From an uncultured Acidiferrobacteraceae bacterium (GTDB taxonomy: Bacteria; Pseudomonadota; Gammaproteobacteria; Acidiferrobacterales; SZUA-150): a stretch of DNA of 64,000 nucleotides. This document shows positions 28,917-38,783 of this stretch, one piece after another. The stretch is taken from assembly GCA_913009895.1 (NCBI GenBank), contig CAJVXY010000002.1, forward strand, positions 93,279 to 157,278, in the 5' to 3' direction. Under the pieces are notes generated by a model. That model was not told the DNA's origin. It searched no databases and worked only from the letters and a program-made list of their open reading frames with translations. Positions within the stretch are counted from its first letter, which is position 1, and every line of letters begins with the position of its first letter. The position numbers and the translations under genes are program-made.

Positions 28917-30435
28917 AGCGCTCCTGGGCAGATTCTTGATTGACCTTGGATTCAGATAATGGGTGGGTCAACAGGTCACCCCATTTGCTACGTTCTTGCA
29001 TGGCCTCTCTTGTTTTCTCAGGTATCAGTTTTTCGACAGGCATATCGGTCCAGCCGCCACCAAGCCCCTTATATAAATTAATGACAGCACTGATATGGTC
29101 TCCATGAGTTTGTAACTGTCGTTCGGCCTGGGCAAATTTTGCCCGTTGGGCATCCAGGACACGTTGAAAATCAGCATAACCCTCCCGGTATCTTATATTC
29201 GCTATTGCCAGGGCACGTTCGGATGCCTCCACGGCCTTATCCACCAATACTTTTTGTTCTGCTGTTTTCTGGATACTGTATGCGGCATCGTCAACCTCTC
29301 TGGCAGCCTGCAAAACAGCGTTTTGGTAGGATTCGATCAACTGTTGCAATCTTGCATCCTGCACCCGTACATTGTTTCTGATACGACCGTAATCAAAAAT
29401 ATTCCATTGCAGACTTGGCCCAAGCTGTAAGCTGCCAGTAGATGAGCTTCCGCTTAGACTATTGCCTGACAAGCCAATACTGCCCAGTAGTGTAATCGCC
29501 GGATAATAATCCGCCTCGGCAATACCGATTTGGGCAGACTGGGTCGCTATTTGCCATGCAGCTGCACGGATATCAGGGCGACGGTTAAGTAATTTTGCCG
29601 GTATCTCCTGGATGCTATCAGTCGCCACGACAGGCAGGCTGTAATCAGTCATGATCAATTCAGTAATTTCTCCGGGCGGACGGGCCAGCAAAACAGACAA
29701 TGAATTTCGAACTTTTAGCAGCGTTATCTCTAATGCGGGAATACTCGACAACGTTGCCAGGTATTGTGTCTTTGCCTGTTGCAAATCAAGCTCAGAATTT
29801 TCTCCATTTCGATACAAGGCATCAGTAATTTCAAAACTGCGTTTTTGAATATCAGCATTTTTGTGGGCAATAACAATTCGTGCTTCAGTTGTGCGGTACG
29901 CAAAATACAGATCTGTTAGCTGCGCACTGATCAGCACCTGTACATCTTGTTGATTGGCGATGGAGGCAAAAAATGCCGCGTCTGCCGATTCAATGCCACG
30001 TTGAAATCGCCCCCAGAAGTCGAGCTCCCAACCCAGGCTGAAACCAATATTGGCATTGCCAAAACTTTGACTGCTGTTTGGTAGCTCACCGCCATAAGAC
30101 TGGTTATTCACATAGTTAACTGCACCCCCGATCTGTTGTACCTGCGGATAACGATTACTGCCTGCAATCCCCAGTAAAGCACGACTCTCAAATATCCGTA
30201 AGCCGGCAATACGTAACTGGATGTTTTCCTGGCGCGCGATGGTGATGAGTTTGTTGAGTATCGGGTCATTGAACAATTGCCACCAGAAACGAAGATCAAT
30301 TCGTTTTTGAGTAGTTTGATCTGCAGTAGCGCCATAGACGACAGGCTCCCAGTCCTGTAGCCAGGCCACATCAGGTTCCTGGTAGTCGGGACCAAGCGTG
30401 GTGCAGGCCGAGAGCATCAGGAGACTATCAGCCAA
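28903..30435 (-). CDS. Outer membrane efflux lipoprotein (OMF, NodT family)
   Basis: Lipobox LMLSAC followed by TTLGPDYQEPD, with TolC-like repeats. The signal peptide (KLSSKWLLILALADSLLMLSAC) extends upstream of the TTG 30435 start called in the track. Confidence 0.85.
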   Translation of the reverse strand: MADSLLMLSACTTLGPDYQEPDVAWLQDWEPVVYGATADQTTQKRIDLRFWWQLFNDPILNKLITIARQENIQLRIAGLRIFESRALLGIAGSNRYPQVQQIGGAVNYVNNQSYGGELPNSSQSFGNANIGFSLGWELDFWGRFQRGIESADAAFFASIANQQDVQVLISAQLTDLYFAYRTTEARIVIAHKNADIQKRSFEITDALYRNGENSELDLQQAKTQYLATLSSIPALEITLLKVRNSLSVLLARPPGEITELIMTDYSLPVVATDSIQEIPAKLLNRRPDIRAAAWQIATQSAQIGIAEADYYPAITLLGSIGLSGNSLSGSSSTGSLQLGPSLQWNIFDYGRIRNNVRVQDARLQQLIESYQNAVLQAAREVDDAAYSIQKTAEQKVLVDKAVEASERALAIANIRYREGYADFQRVLDAQRAKFAQAERQLQTHGDHISAVINLYKGLGGGWTDMPVEKLIPEKTREAMQERSKWGDLLTHPLSESKVNQESAQERFEDD

Positions 30436-30511
30436 TGCCAGTATCAGTAACCACTTACTGGATAATTTGTTTGCTATGTTGATGATGTTCTGGCCTGGAT
30501 AAAAAAATATA

Positions 30512-31639
30512 TCAATCTATAGAAGGCTTAACAGTTAAATCAGCTTTATCTGTATCTGTTTCCTCCAGCCAGACCATGAACAGTGTATAGCCCAATACAA
30601 AAACAACTGCGCCGATAAACAAGCCGATAATCCCATGTGCCAGCATACCGCCGATAGCACCAATGAATATCACCGCCATTGGTGCCTTGACGCCACGCCC
30701 CAGCAGAATAGGTTTCAGTACGTTGTTCATTAAACCGACAGCAATGTTCCAGACCAGGAACATGATTGCGACACCGGTACCGGCAGTTGAAAATGCGTAA
30801 ATTGACAGTGGGATAAGTATAATCAGGATATCAATCTGAACCACAGCCAGCACCAGGCAAAGCAACGCCAGTGCGCCTGCCCCCGGAATACCCATGGCCA
30901 TGAATCCCAGGCCCGCCAGCAAGGCTTGCAATATGGCAATTCCAAGGATGCCATTGACGACACTGGTGACCGTTGCCTGGGCCAAATCAGTCATGGACTT
31001 GCCATTTTCACCAACCAGCCGCGTGAGTATGGCTTCTGTCGCTCGCCGGCCTTTTGCTGCAGTGGCCAGAAACACACCAGCAATAATAATTGAAAATATA
31101 AACATCAGGATGGTCAACCCTGTGCCTGCAGCTGTTTTGATAAGCCATTTAACTATTATTTCAAGCTGCGGCTGTACCGAGCGCATAGTATTTTTCGGAT
31201 CCAGCGAGGCCTTGCTCCAGAAGGCCGACACTTTCTCGCCAATGAGTGGCCAATCTTTAACGCCGGCAGGCGGGGCAGGAATAGCGAATGTGCCTTTGTT
31301 TACTTTAGTAGTGAGCGACTGCGCCTCATCAATTAAAGCCCCGCTGAGCATGATCGTGGGCGTAATCAGTAATGCGAGCAATAAAAATGTGTACAGGGTC
31401 GCGCTTAATGCGTTGCTCAGACCCAGTTTGGACTGTAACAATCGGTGTAATGGATAACTGCCTACCGCAATAATGATGCCCCAGATAACCGGGACTAAAA
31501 AAGGTGCCGCTATATAAAGCGACCAGAATGCAAGTAGTGCGATCAGCCCGATGCGGATGGCAACATCAATTTGCTGGCTGCTCGATTTTTGTTTTGATGC
31601 ATTATCAGTAGAGTTGCTCATTAATTCTCCCGCTTCCAA
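30512..31639 (-). CDS. AI-2E family transporter (PerM/UPF0118)
   Basis: 375 aa polytopic protein with the characteristic N-terminal helices and a Gly-rich C-terminal half (LGRGVKAPMAVIFIGAIGGMLAHGIIGLFIG). Confidence 0.75.
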   Translation of the reverse strand: MEAGELMSNSTDNASKQKSSSQQIDVAIRIGLIALLAFWSLYIAAPFLVPVIWGIIIAVGSYPLHRLLQSKLGLSNALSATLYTFLLLALLITPTIMLSGALIDEAQSLTTKVNKGTFAIPAPPAGVKDWPLIGEKVSAFWSKASLDPKNTMRSVQPQLEIIVKWLIKTAAGTGLTILMFIFSIIIAGVFLATAAKGRRATEAILTRLVGENGKSMTDLAQATVTSVVNGILGIAILQALLAGLGFMAMGIPGAGALALLCLVLAVVQIDILIILIPLSIYAFSTAGTGVAIMFLVWNIAVGLMNNVLKPILLGRGVKAPMAVIFIGAIGGMLAHGIIGLFIGAVVFVLGYTLFMVWLEETDTDKADLTVKPSID

Positions 31640-31845
31640 TCAAAAAAGTGACTTGTTTTTTTACCGTCGCCAATATACCAGTTCTAATCAAGAAAGTTTT
31701 ACCACTTCATGCCGATCGCTCAATTATACCAGCACTCACCATCGTTGTTTCTATACCAAAAAAAGACCCTGTACTCCATTAAGATTGAATTACTGTAGAA
31801 TCAGCCCAACTTTCAAATAAATCAGACAGGTAATACGGGCACTGG

Positions 31846-31869
31846 CAATGACAATGACAATGACAATGG
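31846..31869. repeat. Hexanucleotide tandem repeat (CAATGA)x3 plus a degenerate copy
   Basis: ggCAATGACAATGACAATGACAATGGcag, read directly from the sequence. Lies just 5' of the symporter remnant. Confidence 0.8.
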
Positions 31870-31882
31870 CAGTAATAATTTT

Positions 31883-32128
31883 TATAAAAAACTCAGCGCC
31901 TTTCAACAGGTAAATAACGCGTTGGTTCTGGGGATTCTAACGGGCATTTTTTTTGGTGAACTTGCCGTGGTACCGAAAGTGGGCAGCACAATCTACATTC
32001 GCCTGTTACAGATGACCGTATTGCCGTATGTGCTGGGCTCCATCATCTCTGGCCCAGGCAGACTAAATGCCAATATGGCTGCAGACATAGGTATTAATGC
32101 ATTACCCACGCATTGGCAAAAAATTTAA
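31883..32128 (+). pseudogene. Remnant of a dicarboxylate/amino acid:cation symporter (DAACS, GltP/DctA-like), N-terminal ~80 codons only
   Basis: The frame reads YKKLSAFQQVNNALVLGILTGIFFGE...YIRLLQMTVLPYVLGSIISG, matching the conserved DAACS N-terminus. It has no ATG (TAT at the expected position) and a stop at 32128, against about 420 aa for intact family members. Confidence 0.55.
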
Positions 32129-32155
32129 TGGGTATAGAAGAAGCAGGAATAAAAC

Positions 32156-33829
32156 TTAAAGAAACAAATAAACAAGTACGCCCAGCAAAGCAGTGATTCC
32201 CCCCACCATCATCCATTGCCAGGGCTCTGCACTGATTGGTTGATTGTGCTCCGTGGTTTTATTCTCGATCGTAGCGGGAGGATTGCTTACGGCATCAAGA
32301 AATTCGACCGCAGTACCGAAGCGATCTTCAAAGTTGACCGCACAGGCTTTTTTCATTACATCCCGTAACCATTCCGGGATATCAGCAATGTAATGCTCGG
32401 CTGAAGTAAATGAATTAAAGTTTATATCGGCTGCAGCGGTGACACTGCCATAGGGAAGATGGCCGGTAATCATCCTGTAGAGCGTGACACCGGCGGAATA
32501 AATATCGGCACGTTGATCACTTTCGTTGCCTACCAGTAATTCAGGTGCCATGTAGCTCTTTGTACCGCTATAGGCCCTGGTATCAGCACCGCGATCCTGG
32601 AGCTGTTCGATGCTGCTTAATCCAAAACCGATAAGGGATAATTGTCGTTTCCTTTTATCTACCAGCATGTTGCCAGGTTTGATATCCCGATGCATCACGC
32701 CTTGTTTATGTAAATAAATTAATCCTTCCAGGAGTTGTTTGATTAAATATAGTGATTCACCGATTTCAAGAAAACCTTTTCTGTCGATGCGTTTGCCAAG
32801 ATTCTCTCCGCGTCGGTATTCCAGGACCGAGTAAAGAACCGTGCGGCGTTTTGGACTGATATCATATGCTTTGACAAAATGGGCGTGATCCAGGCGTTTA
32901 CCAATCCATTCTTCTCTCAGGAAAGCGTCAATATAGGCAGAATCTTCGGCCAGGCCCGGAATAGGGAAACGCAAGGCCACGGTTTTGTCTGACTTTTGGT
33001 CAGATGCTTTATAAATACAGGCCAGTCGCCCCTTGTGGACAAGTCCACGAATCTGGAATCCATCTACTGAATCACCTTTGTGTGGTAATGAACAAACCGG
33101 TAAAGCAGAAATTGAATCGGTACCTTTTGTTGTTTCGGTATCAGGCAGTTTTTCAACCTTGGCTACACAGGCACTGACATTGTCGGCACTGCCAGCAGCT
33201 ATTGCCCCCTGGACAACATTACTGGCCATTGTTTCCGCCGAATCATCTTTTATTAAATGCGCCAACAACGAAGTGCCGTTGAGCAGGTCATGAATGCCAT
33301 CCGAAGTAAGCAAAAAGATGTCGCCTGCTTGCAAGTCACCATGGAGAATTTGCAAATCCATTTCAGCATTAAGCCCGCAGGCACTGGTGACTACCGAGCC
33401 CATTTCCAGAGTCGTCAGGGTATGGTCGTGCGTTAATTGCCGGATGCGGGCGTCACGTAATAACCAGACCCGGGTATCACCCACATGGCCGATCACCCAG
33501 TGGTGTTTATGTAATACCAGGGCCGAGAGGGTGGTGGCACCGGTATTGTTTGAACTGCCTACCAGGGTATTATTGGTCGCGTTGAAACTTTCTTTCATGA
33601 CACGTTTTAATGACCATGAAAGTGGCGCTGCATAAATATTTTCACTTAAACTTGAAAGTGCCAGGGTGGCAACATCCAGCTCGTCAGATTCATCTACCGT
33701 GTCGGCAATGGCCAGTACGGCTGGTTTGCTATAGGGCACGGGTGCAGGATGGGCAACCGTGACAGCGTCGTGATTCTCTGCCTGTTTGCCCGGTAAGCTT
33801 TTGCTACCTGTATCCAGAATTAATGGCAT
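32156..33829 (-). CDS. Fusion of a PP2C-type Ser/Thr phosphatase and a Hanks-type Ser/Thr protein kinase, with a C-terminal TM anchor
   Basis: N-terminal GHVGDTRVWLL, LLTSDGIHDLL and SADNVSACV indicate PP2C. HRDIKPGNMLV, GTKSYMAPE and DIYSAGVTLY indicate the kinase. The C-terminal helix is WQWMMVGGITALLGVLVYLFL. Confidence 0.85.
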   Translation of the reverse strand: MPLILDTGSKSLPGKQAENHDAVTVAHPAPVPYSKPAVLAIADTVDESDELDVATLALSSLSENIYAAPLSWSLKRVMKESFNATNNTLVGSSNNTGATTLSALVLHKHHWVIGHVGDTRVWLLRDARIRQLTHDHTLTTLEMGSVVTSACGLNAEMDLQILHGDLQAGDIFLLTSDGIHDLLNGTSLLAHLIKDDSAETMASNVVQGAIAAGSADNVSACVAKVEKLPDTETTKGTDSISALPVCSLPHKGDSVDGFQIRGLVHKGRLACIYKASDQKSDKTVALRFPIPGLAEDSAYIDAFLREEWIGKRLDHAHFVKAYDISPKRRTVLYSVLEYRRGENLGKRIDRKGFLEIGESLYLIKQLLEGLIYLHKQGVMHRDIKPGNMLVDKRKRQLSLIGFGLSSIEQLQDRGADTRAYSGTKSYMAPELLVGNESDQRADIYSAGVTLYRMITGHLPYGSVTAAADINFNSFTSAEHYIADIPEWLRDVMKKACAVNFEDRFGTAVEFLDAVSNPPATIENKTTEHNQPISAEPWQWMMVGGITALLGVLVYLFL

Positions 33830-34020
33830 TCGTGTAGTCCTGCTAGCCTATAAAAATTATGGTAAATGCGTCTTTAAACATAGCACAGGGATAGATGCTT
33901 GTTATGGCGTGCTGCAAATCCAGATATCAAAATTATCGATACACTCTGGCGACAATTTATTGCAAACTAACGACCACCAATTTTGAATAAATAATTGTTT
34001 GTATTCAATGGAGTAGCCAA

Positions 34021-34899
34021 GTGAGTTCGGTTTTTCTGAAAGGCACACAACTTCCGGGTAAATGCAGGAAACTTACGGCAATACTGGCATATTTGTTGTT
34101 GGCAAGTTGTGCCACTGTCGATGAGGCAGGCCTGACAAATACACCTGATTCTGATGCATCAGAGCTTGCGACAATCAATCAAGTACAGAATCCTGAATTG
34201 TCTACTGAACAGGATCCGGATGCAGATATTGATAATGACCCCTGGGAGGGTTTTAACCGGGCCATGTATTCATTTAATGATGGTCTTGATGAGTTTGTTT
34301 TAAAACCAACGGCCAAAGGCTATAAATATGTTATGCCTCATTATGTTAGTACTGGCGTCACTAACTTTTTTTCCAACCTGAATGAGATCACCGTATTGGT
34401 GAATAGTTTTCTCCAGGGGAAATTTTTAAAGGGCGCTTCTGACACGGGTCGATTATTGATCAACTCAACGATTGGTCTGTTAGGCATAATTGATGTCGCC
34501 AGTTATATGCACCTGGAAAAACATGATGAAGACTTTGGTCAGACCCTGGCCGTCTGGGGTGTTGGTGATGGCCCGTTTGTAGTGTGGCCAATAATCGGTG
34601 CCAGGAACATGCGTGATACCGTAGGCTGGACCGGCGACTGGGTGACAAATCCTTATACCTATGTACAGCCTGTTTCAATAAACTGGGGCCTGGCGATAGC
34701 TGATATCATTGATAACCGCGCGCTTTTGCTGGGAGCCAAAGATATTCTAACAGAGGCCTCAAGTGGTGACCCTTACGTCTTTTATCGTGAGGCCTATAAA
34801 CAACGACGGTTGTTCAAGATTTACGATGGTAATCCGCCAGTTGTTGAGGATGCTGAATTTGATGCCCTGTTATTCGGTGATGATGATGTTAAAAAATAA
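34021..34899 (+). CDS. mlaA: MlaA/VacJ family outer-membrane lipoprotein
   Basis: Lipobox LLASC and DPWEGFNRAMYSFNDGLDEFVLKPTAKGYKYVMP, the classic MlaA signature. Confidence 0.85.
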   Translation: MSSVFLKGTQLPGKCRKLTAILAYLLLASCATVDEAGLTNTPDSDASELATINQVQNPELSTEQDPDADIDNDPWEGFNRAMYSFNDGLDEFVLKPTAKGYKYVMPHYVSTGVTNFFSNLNEITVLVNSFLQGKFLKGASDTGRLLINSTIGLLGIIDVASYMHLEKHDEDFGQTLAVWGVGDGPFVVWPIIGARNMRDTVGWTGDWVTNPYTYVQPVSINWGLAIADIIDNRALLLGAKDILTEASSGDPYVFYREAYKQRRLFKIYDGNPPVVEDAEFDALLFGDDDVKK

Positions 34900-34921
34900 A
34901 AATAACTTAATGATACGACCC

Positions 34922-35500
34922 ATGAAACATGCCGCTTTGGTTTTTGTGGTGTTACTGTCATCAACAGCCTTATTGCCCTTGTACGCCGCCAATGAGAACG
35001 CCAAAAGCAAGACTGCAATAAAAGATGGCACAGTCAGTGTCAGCAACGCGACTTTGAGTTTTAAAATGGTGCCTCGTACCCCGGATCAAATGGCGGCTTT
35101 TTACGAGGGCCGTGGTTTTCCGGCAAAGGCCACCAATGTTTTTAATGAAGTTTGCTTTTTTACGGTGATCGTAAAAAACCTTTCCCGGGATATTGTCTGG
35201 CTTGAGCCTGCAAATTGGCAAATTAACCGCGAGTCTGGTGAAAATATAAAAAGACTGGGTCAGCAATACTGGCGCAAGCGCTGGCAACAGCTTAACCTGC
35301 CAAAAAATAACCAGGCCACATTTCGCTGGACCTTGTTACCCACATCCCGGGATTTGCGTCCCGATGAAGGCGTGGGGGGCAACCTGGTCCTGGCCGCAAC
35401 ACCCGGTAAAATCATGGTTACCCCGGTTTTTCGGTTGGGTGCGGAGGGACAATCGAGACTGAAACTGGCGACTCAAACAATTCGTTGCGGAGGCAGGTGA
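34922..35500 (+). CDS. Hypothetical secreted protein
   Basis: The track ORF (34763) overlaps mlaA. ATG 34922 (or 34910) gives a signal peptide, MKHAALVFVVLLSSTALLPLYA. No family recognised. Confidence 0.5.
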   Translation: MKHAALVFVVLLSSTALLPLYAANENAKSKTAIKDGTVSVSNATLSFKMVPRTPDQMAAFYEGRGFPAKATNVFNEVCFFTVIVKNLSRDIVWLEPANWQINRESGENIKRLGQQYWRKRWQQLNLPKNNQATFRWTLLPTSRDLRPDEGVGGNLVLAATPGKIMVTPVFRLGAEGQSRLKLATQTIRCGGR

Positions 35501-35504
35501 AAAC

Positions 35505-36035
35505 ATGAAAAAGCACACCCAGGTAATATTGTTTTTCCTCCTGATCTGGTTTGCAGGTGTTAACAATACGGCATTTGCTGTCGAGCTGCCAAAAGGCCTG
35601 ATTAAGCTCGATGGCCAACCGGCACCCGCTTTGCGTTTGAGCAATAGTGATGGGGTGGTTCGTGACCTGAAGGATTTTCGTGGTCAATGGGTTTTGGTGC
35701 ATTTTTGGGCCAGTTGGTGTGGCCCTTGTCGTAAGGAGATGCCCAGCATCCAGGCGCTCTTTAAACAGCTGCCAGCTGACAAAATAGCCTTTTTTCTGGT
35801 TAATACAGCCGAATCTGAAGATACGGTATTTGAATTTTTGAGCATTGTTGCCCCGGATCTGGACTCGACGCTAGATTTGGAAGGCGCTGCCACAGAGCGC
35901 TGGCAGCCCCGCGGTTTGCCCTCGAGTTTTTTTGTCGACCCGCAAGGCAGGTTGCAATATCTTGCCCTGGGCGGGCGTCCATGGATGCGAGCGGACTATT
36001 TGGGCTTCATTAAGCAAATTTCCGGGGTAAAATAA
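35505..36035 (+). CDS. TlpA/ResA-like periplasmic thiol:disulfide oxidoreductase
   Basis: Signal peptide plus WASWCGPCRKEMP. Confidence 0.8.
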   Translation: MKKHTQVILFFLLIWFAGVNNTAFAVELPKGLIKLDGQPAPALRLSNSDGVVRDLKDFRGQWVLVHFWASWCGPCRKEMPSIQALFKQLPADKIAFFLVNTAESEDTVFEFLSIVAPDLDSTLDLEGAATERWQPRGLPSSFFVDPQGRLQYLALGGRPWMRADYLGFIKQISGVK

Positions 36036-36195
36036 GTAGTAATGGTTTTCTCCGGGAATTTCCCCCGATCTTTTACCACTGAAAAATAGCGCATAAAGGC
36101 TTTCTTTTTCCAGCCAAAGCGGTAGAATTGCGCGCTTTCCGGCCCGAGCGATGGCCAGATAATGCTTTTTCCTATCGGAAACCGAGGATGATTGA

Positions 36196-36444
36196 ATGTT
36201 AACAATACGATTGGCCCGTGGTGGCGCTAATAAACGACCTTATTACCGTATTTTCGTTGGTGATAGTCGACGCGCGACAACTGGCAAAAACGTTGAGCAA
36301 TTGGGATTTTTTAACCCCATGGCCACAGGCGAAGAAGAGACGCTTCGCATTGATTTAAAGCGAGCCCAGTACTGGGTGGAAAAGGGCGCTAAACCCTCAG
36401 ATCGCGTGGCAAAATTAATGAAACAGGCTGCAAAAGCCGCCTGA
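36196..36444 (+). CDS. rpsP: 30S ribosomal protein S16
   Basis: [21 protein letters not shown]. Confidence 0.95.
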   Translation: MLTIRLARGGANKRPYYRIFVGDSRRATTGKNVEQLGFFNPMATGEEETLRIDLKRAQYWVEKGAKPSDRVAKLMKQAAKAA

Positions 36445-36497
36445 TCAGGCACCTGATTTAGCTGCTTAAGCTGCTATTGCATCTATAGATAGGGCCC

Positions 36498-37073
36498 ATG
36501 GCCGACAGCAAAAGACCGGGCGAAAAGGTCGTTGTTGGCAAAATAACGGGTGTTTATGGCATCAAGGGCTGGGTGAAGGTTTACTCCTATACCCGTCCGA
36601 TTACAGGCATTTTAGAGTACAAAACATGGCAACTCAGCCCAGCTGATGGGTCGGGCAGGCCAGAAGAGGCGGGAAAATCGCAGACCCTGCAATTAGTAAC
36701 CGGTCGTCAGCAAGGCAAAGGTATTGTGGCCCAGCTAGCGGGTTATGATGATCGGGATCAGGTCCGGGTTTTGGTCGATCAGGAGATTTTTATCCCGCGG
36801 TCACAGTTACCGGCACTACCTGCGGGGCAGTACTACTGGACAGATCTTGAAGGCCTGACGGTCGTCGGGCTGGATGGCGAAACACTAGGTCAGGTTGACC
36901 ATATAATGGAAACTGGTGCCAACGACGTGATTGTCGTGAATGTTACAGGGACTAAGAGTGCCAGCAAGGCAAAACAGTGCCTGATACCTTATATACCGGG
37001 TGTAGTACAGGAAATAGACCTGGATCAGGGAATGATGCGGGTGGACTGGCGGCTGGATTGGGATGCAGATTAA
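36498..37073 (+). CDS. rimM: 16S rRNA processing protein RimM
   Basis: [20 protein letters not shown]-barrel C-terminus, and conserved rpsP-rimM-trmD-rplS order. Confidence 0.9.
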   Translation: MADSKRPGEKVVVGKITGVYGIKGWVKVYSYTRPITGILEYKTWQLSPADGSGRPEEAGKSQTLQLVTGRQQGKGIVAQLAGYDDRDQVRVLVDQEIFIPRSQLPALPAGQYYWTDLEGLTVVGLDGETLGQVDHIMETGANDVIVVNVTGTKSASKAKQCLIPYIPGVVQEIDLDQGMMRVDWRLDWDAD

Positions 37074-37842
37074 CATGCCGGCTAATTTACGGATCGGCGT
37101 GATTACACTGTTTCCCGAGATGTTTGCAGCAATCACGGATTTTGGTGTGACAGGAAGGGCGGTTAACAAGGGACTGGTAACATTGCAGTGCTGGAATCCC
37201 CGTGATTTTACGACGGATCCTCATCGAACTGTCGATGATCGTCCTTATGGAGGCGGACCCGGCATGGTCATGAAGGCGCTACCATTGGCTAAGGCCCTGG
37301 CAGCGGCAAAGAATGAAATTGGCGTAAATACCAGTGTCATTCATTTAACACCGGAGGGTCGGCGCCTGGATCATCAAGGCGTTAAGGAACTGGCCAGTCG
37401 GGAAAAGCTGATTTTTTTAGCAGGTCGTTACGAAGGTATTGACGAACGCCTGATCGAAGACGAAGTCGATGAAGAGTGGTCAGTAGGAGATTATGTGCTT
37501 TCAGGCGGAGAACTGGCCGCCATGGTGATAGCAGATAGTGTGATCAGGTTGTTACCCGGTGTATTGGGCGATGAGACCTCGGCAGAACAGGATTCTTTTG
37601 TTGATGGCTTGCTTGATTGTGGGCATTTTACCCGTCCGGAATTATACCAGGACAAGAAGGTGCCAGAGGTGCTGCTGTCCGGGGACCATGAAAAAATCAG
37701 AAAATGGCGATTGAAGCAATCTTTGGGTCGTACCTGGTTAAAGCGACCGGATTTATTAGATAAACGAATTTTGAATGACGAAGAACAGGCCTTGTTGAAT
37801 GATTTTCAGCAAGACAGAATCAAGGCAGGAGTTAAAAAATGA
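37063..37842 (+). CDS. trmD: tRNA (guanine37-N1)-methyltransferase
   Basis: [24 protein letters not shown] and [13 protein letters not shown] 37075 is an alternative start. Confidence 0.95.
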   Translation: MQINMPANLRIGVITLFPEMFAAITDFGVTGRAVNKGLVTLQCWNPRDFTTDPHRTVDDRPYGGGPGMVMKALPLAKALAAAKNEIGVNTSVIHLTPEGRRLDHQGVKELASREKLIFLAGRYEGIDERLIEDEVDEEWSVGDYVLSGGELAAMVIADSVIRLLPGVLGDETSAEQDSFVDGLLDCGHFTRPELYQDKKVPEVLLSGDHEKIRKWRLKQSLGRTWLKRPDLLDKRILNDEEQALLNDFQQDRIKAGVKK

Positions 37843-38183
37843 GCAACATCATTAAAGAAATTGAAACACAGCAAATGGGCCGGGAACTGCCCGATTTTGG
37901 CCCCGGTGATACGGTTGCCGTCCATGTAAAGGTTGTTGAAGGTGGTAAAGAACGGCTCCAGATATACGAAGGTGTCGTCATCGGTCGTCGTAATCGGGGA
38001 TTTAACTCATCGTTTACCGTCAGAAAAATCTCTTACGGTGAAGGCGTTGAACGTGTATTTCCTTTATACAGCCCGAATGTCGCCAAGATTGAAGTAAAAC
38101 GACGGGGTGCGGTTCGTCGCGCCAAGCTTTACTATTTGCGCAAACTCTCCGGCAAAGCGGCAAGAATTAGAGAAAAAATTTAG
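37839..38183 (+). CDS. rplS: 50S ribosomal protein L19
   Basis: [31 protein letters not shown]. Confidence 0.95.
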   Translation: MSNIIKEIETQQMGRELPDFGPGDTVAVHVKVVEGGKERLQIYEGVVIGRRNRGFNSSFTVRKISYGEGVERVFPLYSPNVAKIEVKRRGAVRRAKLYYLRKLSGKAARIREKI

Positions 38184-38206
38184 TATTAATATTTTTATAT
38201 GCTATT

Positions 38207-38238
38207 AAAACAGGCGCTTTTAGCGCCTGTTTTCGTTT
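38207..38238 (+). terminator. Rho-independent terminator after rplS
   Basis: aaaaCAGGCGC-tttta-GCGCCTGttttcgttt: a GC-rich 7 bp stem extendable with A/T pairs, a 5 nt loop and a T-run. Confidence 0.7.
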
Positions 38239-38279
38239 GGCCGTAAATTTAATATGCTTCTGATCTCATCATTCAAAAA

Positions 38280-38783
38280 GTGGGTCTTGTTATGGATCAG
38301 CCAGCCAAACAGGCAGTCGAAAATACCGAAACTATTCTTAAAACGCCGCTGGGTTATTTATCAATCTCCATGTCTGGGTCATCATTATCCAGCCTCAGCA
38401 TTTTGGGCGGCAAACATCGTGTGCAACAATCAAAAACTAAACTCTCCTCAAGAACGGCACGACAGATTTCAGATTATTTCCAAAATCCAAAGAAAAAATT
38501 TGATTTACCGTTGGCATTAAATGGTACAAAATTTCAGCAAAGAGTTTGGCGGGCCTTGCAAAAAATACCTGCTGGCCAAACACGCACCTATGGCCAGTTA
38601 GCAAAACAACTCAAAACAGCCAGCCAGGCGGTGGGCAATGCCTGTCGAGCCAACCCCGTGCCTATCATTGTCCCCTGTCATCGGGTTGTGTCTGCCACCG
38701 GTTTGGGTGGTTACATGGGAAAAACCAGCGGCAGCAAGACAAACATCAAGCAGTGGTTACTGGATCATGAGCAAGGACAATAA
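38280..38783 (+). CDS. ogt: Methylated-DNA--protein-cysteine methyltransferase
   Basis: Active site IVPCHRVV preceded by FQQRVWRALQKIPAGQTRTYGQLA. Confidence 0.85.
   Translation: MGLVMDQPAKQAVENTETILKTPLGYLSISMSGSSLSSLSILGGKHRVQQSKTKLSSRTARQISDYFQNPKKKFDLPLALNGTKFQQRVWRALQKIPAGQTRTYGQLAKQLKTASQAVGNACRANPVPIIVPCHRVVSATGLGGYMGKTSGSKTNIKQWLLDHEQGQ

Noticed and set aside
36036-36195. A possible promoter or leader structure upstream of rpsP (TAGAAT -10-like hexamer).
   Set aside because: The -35 region is poor (TTTCTT) and I could not support a defined structure.
38638-38766. The 5' extension of the xerD ORF (and similar extensions at 17574, 18367, 18695, 19869, 23087, 34763, 51147 and 59137) as genuine long N-termini or overlapping genes.
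   Set aside because: The extensions overlap the preceding gene, lack family conservation, and internal starts with Shine-Dalgarno sequences give canonical N-termini.
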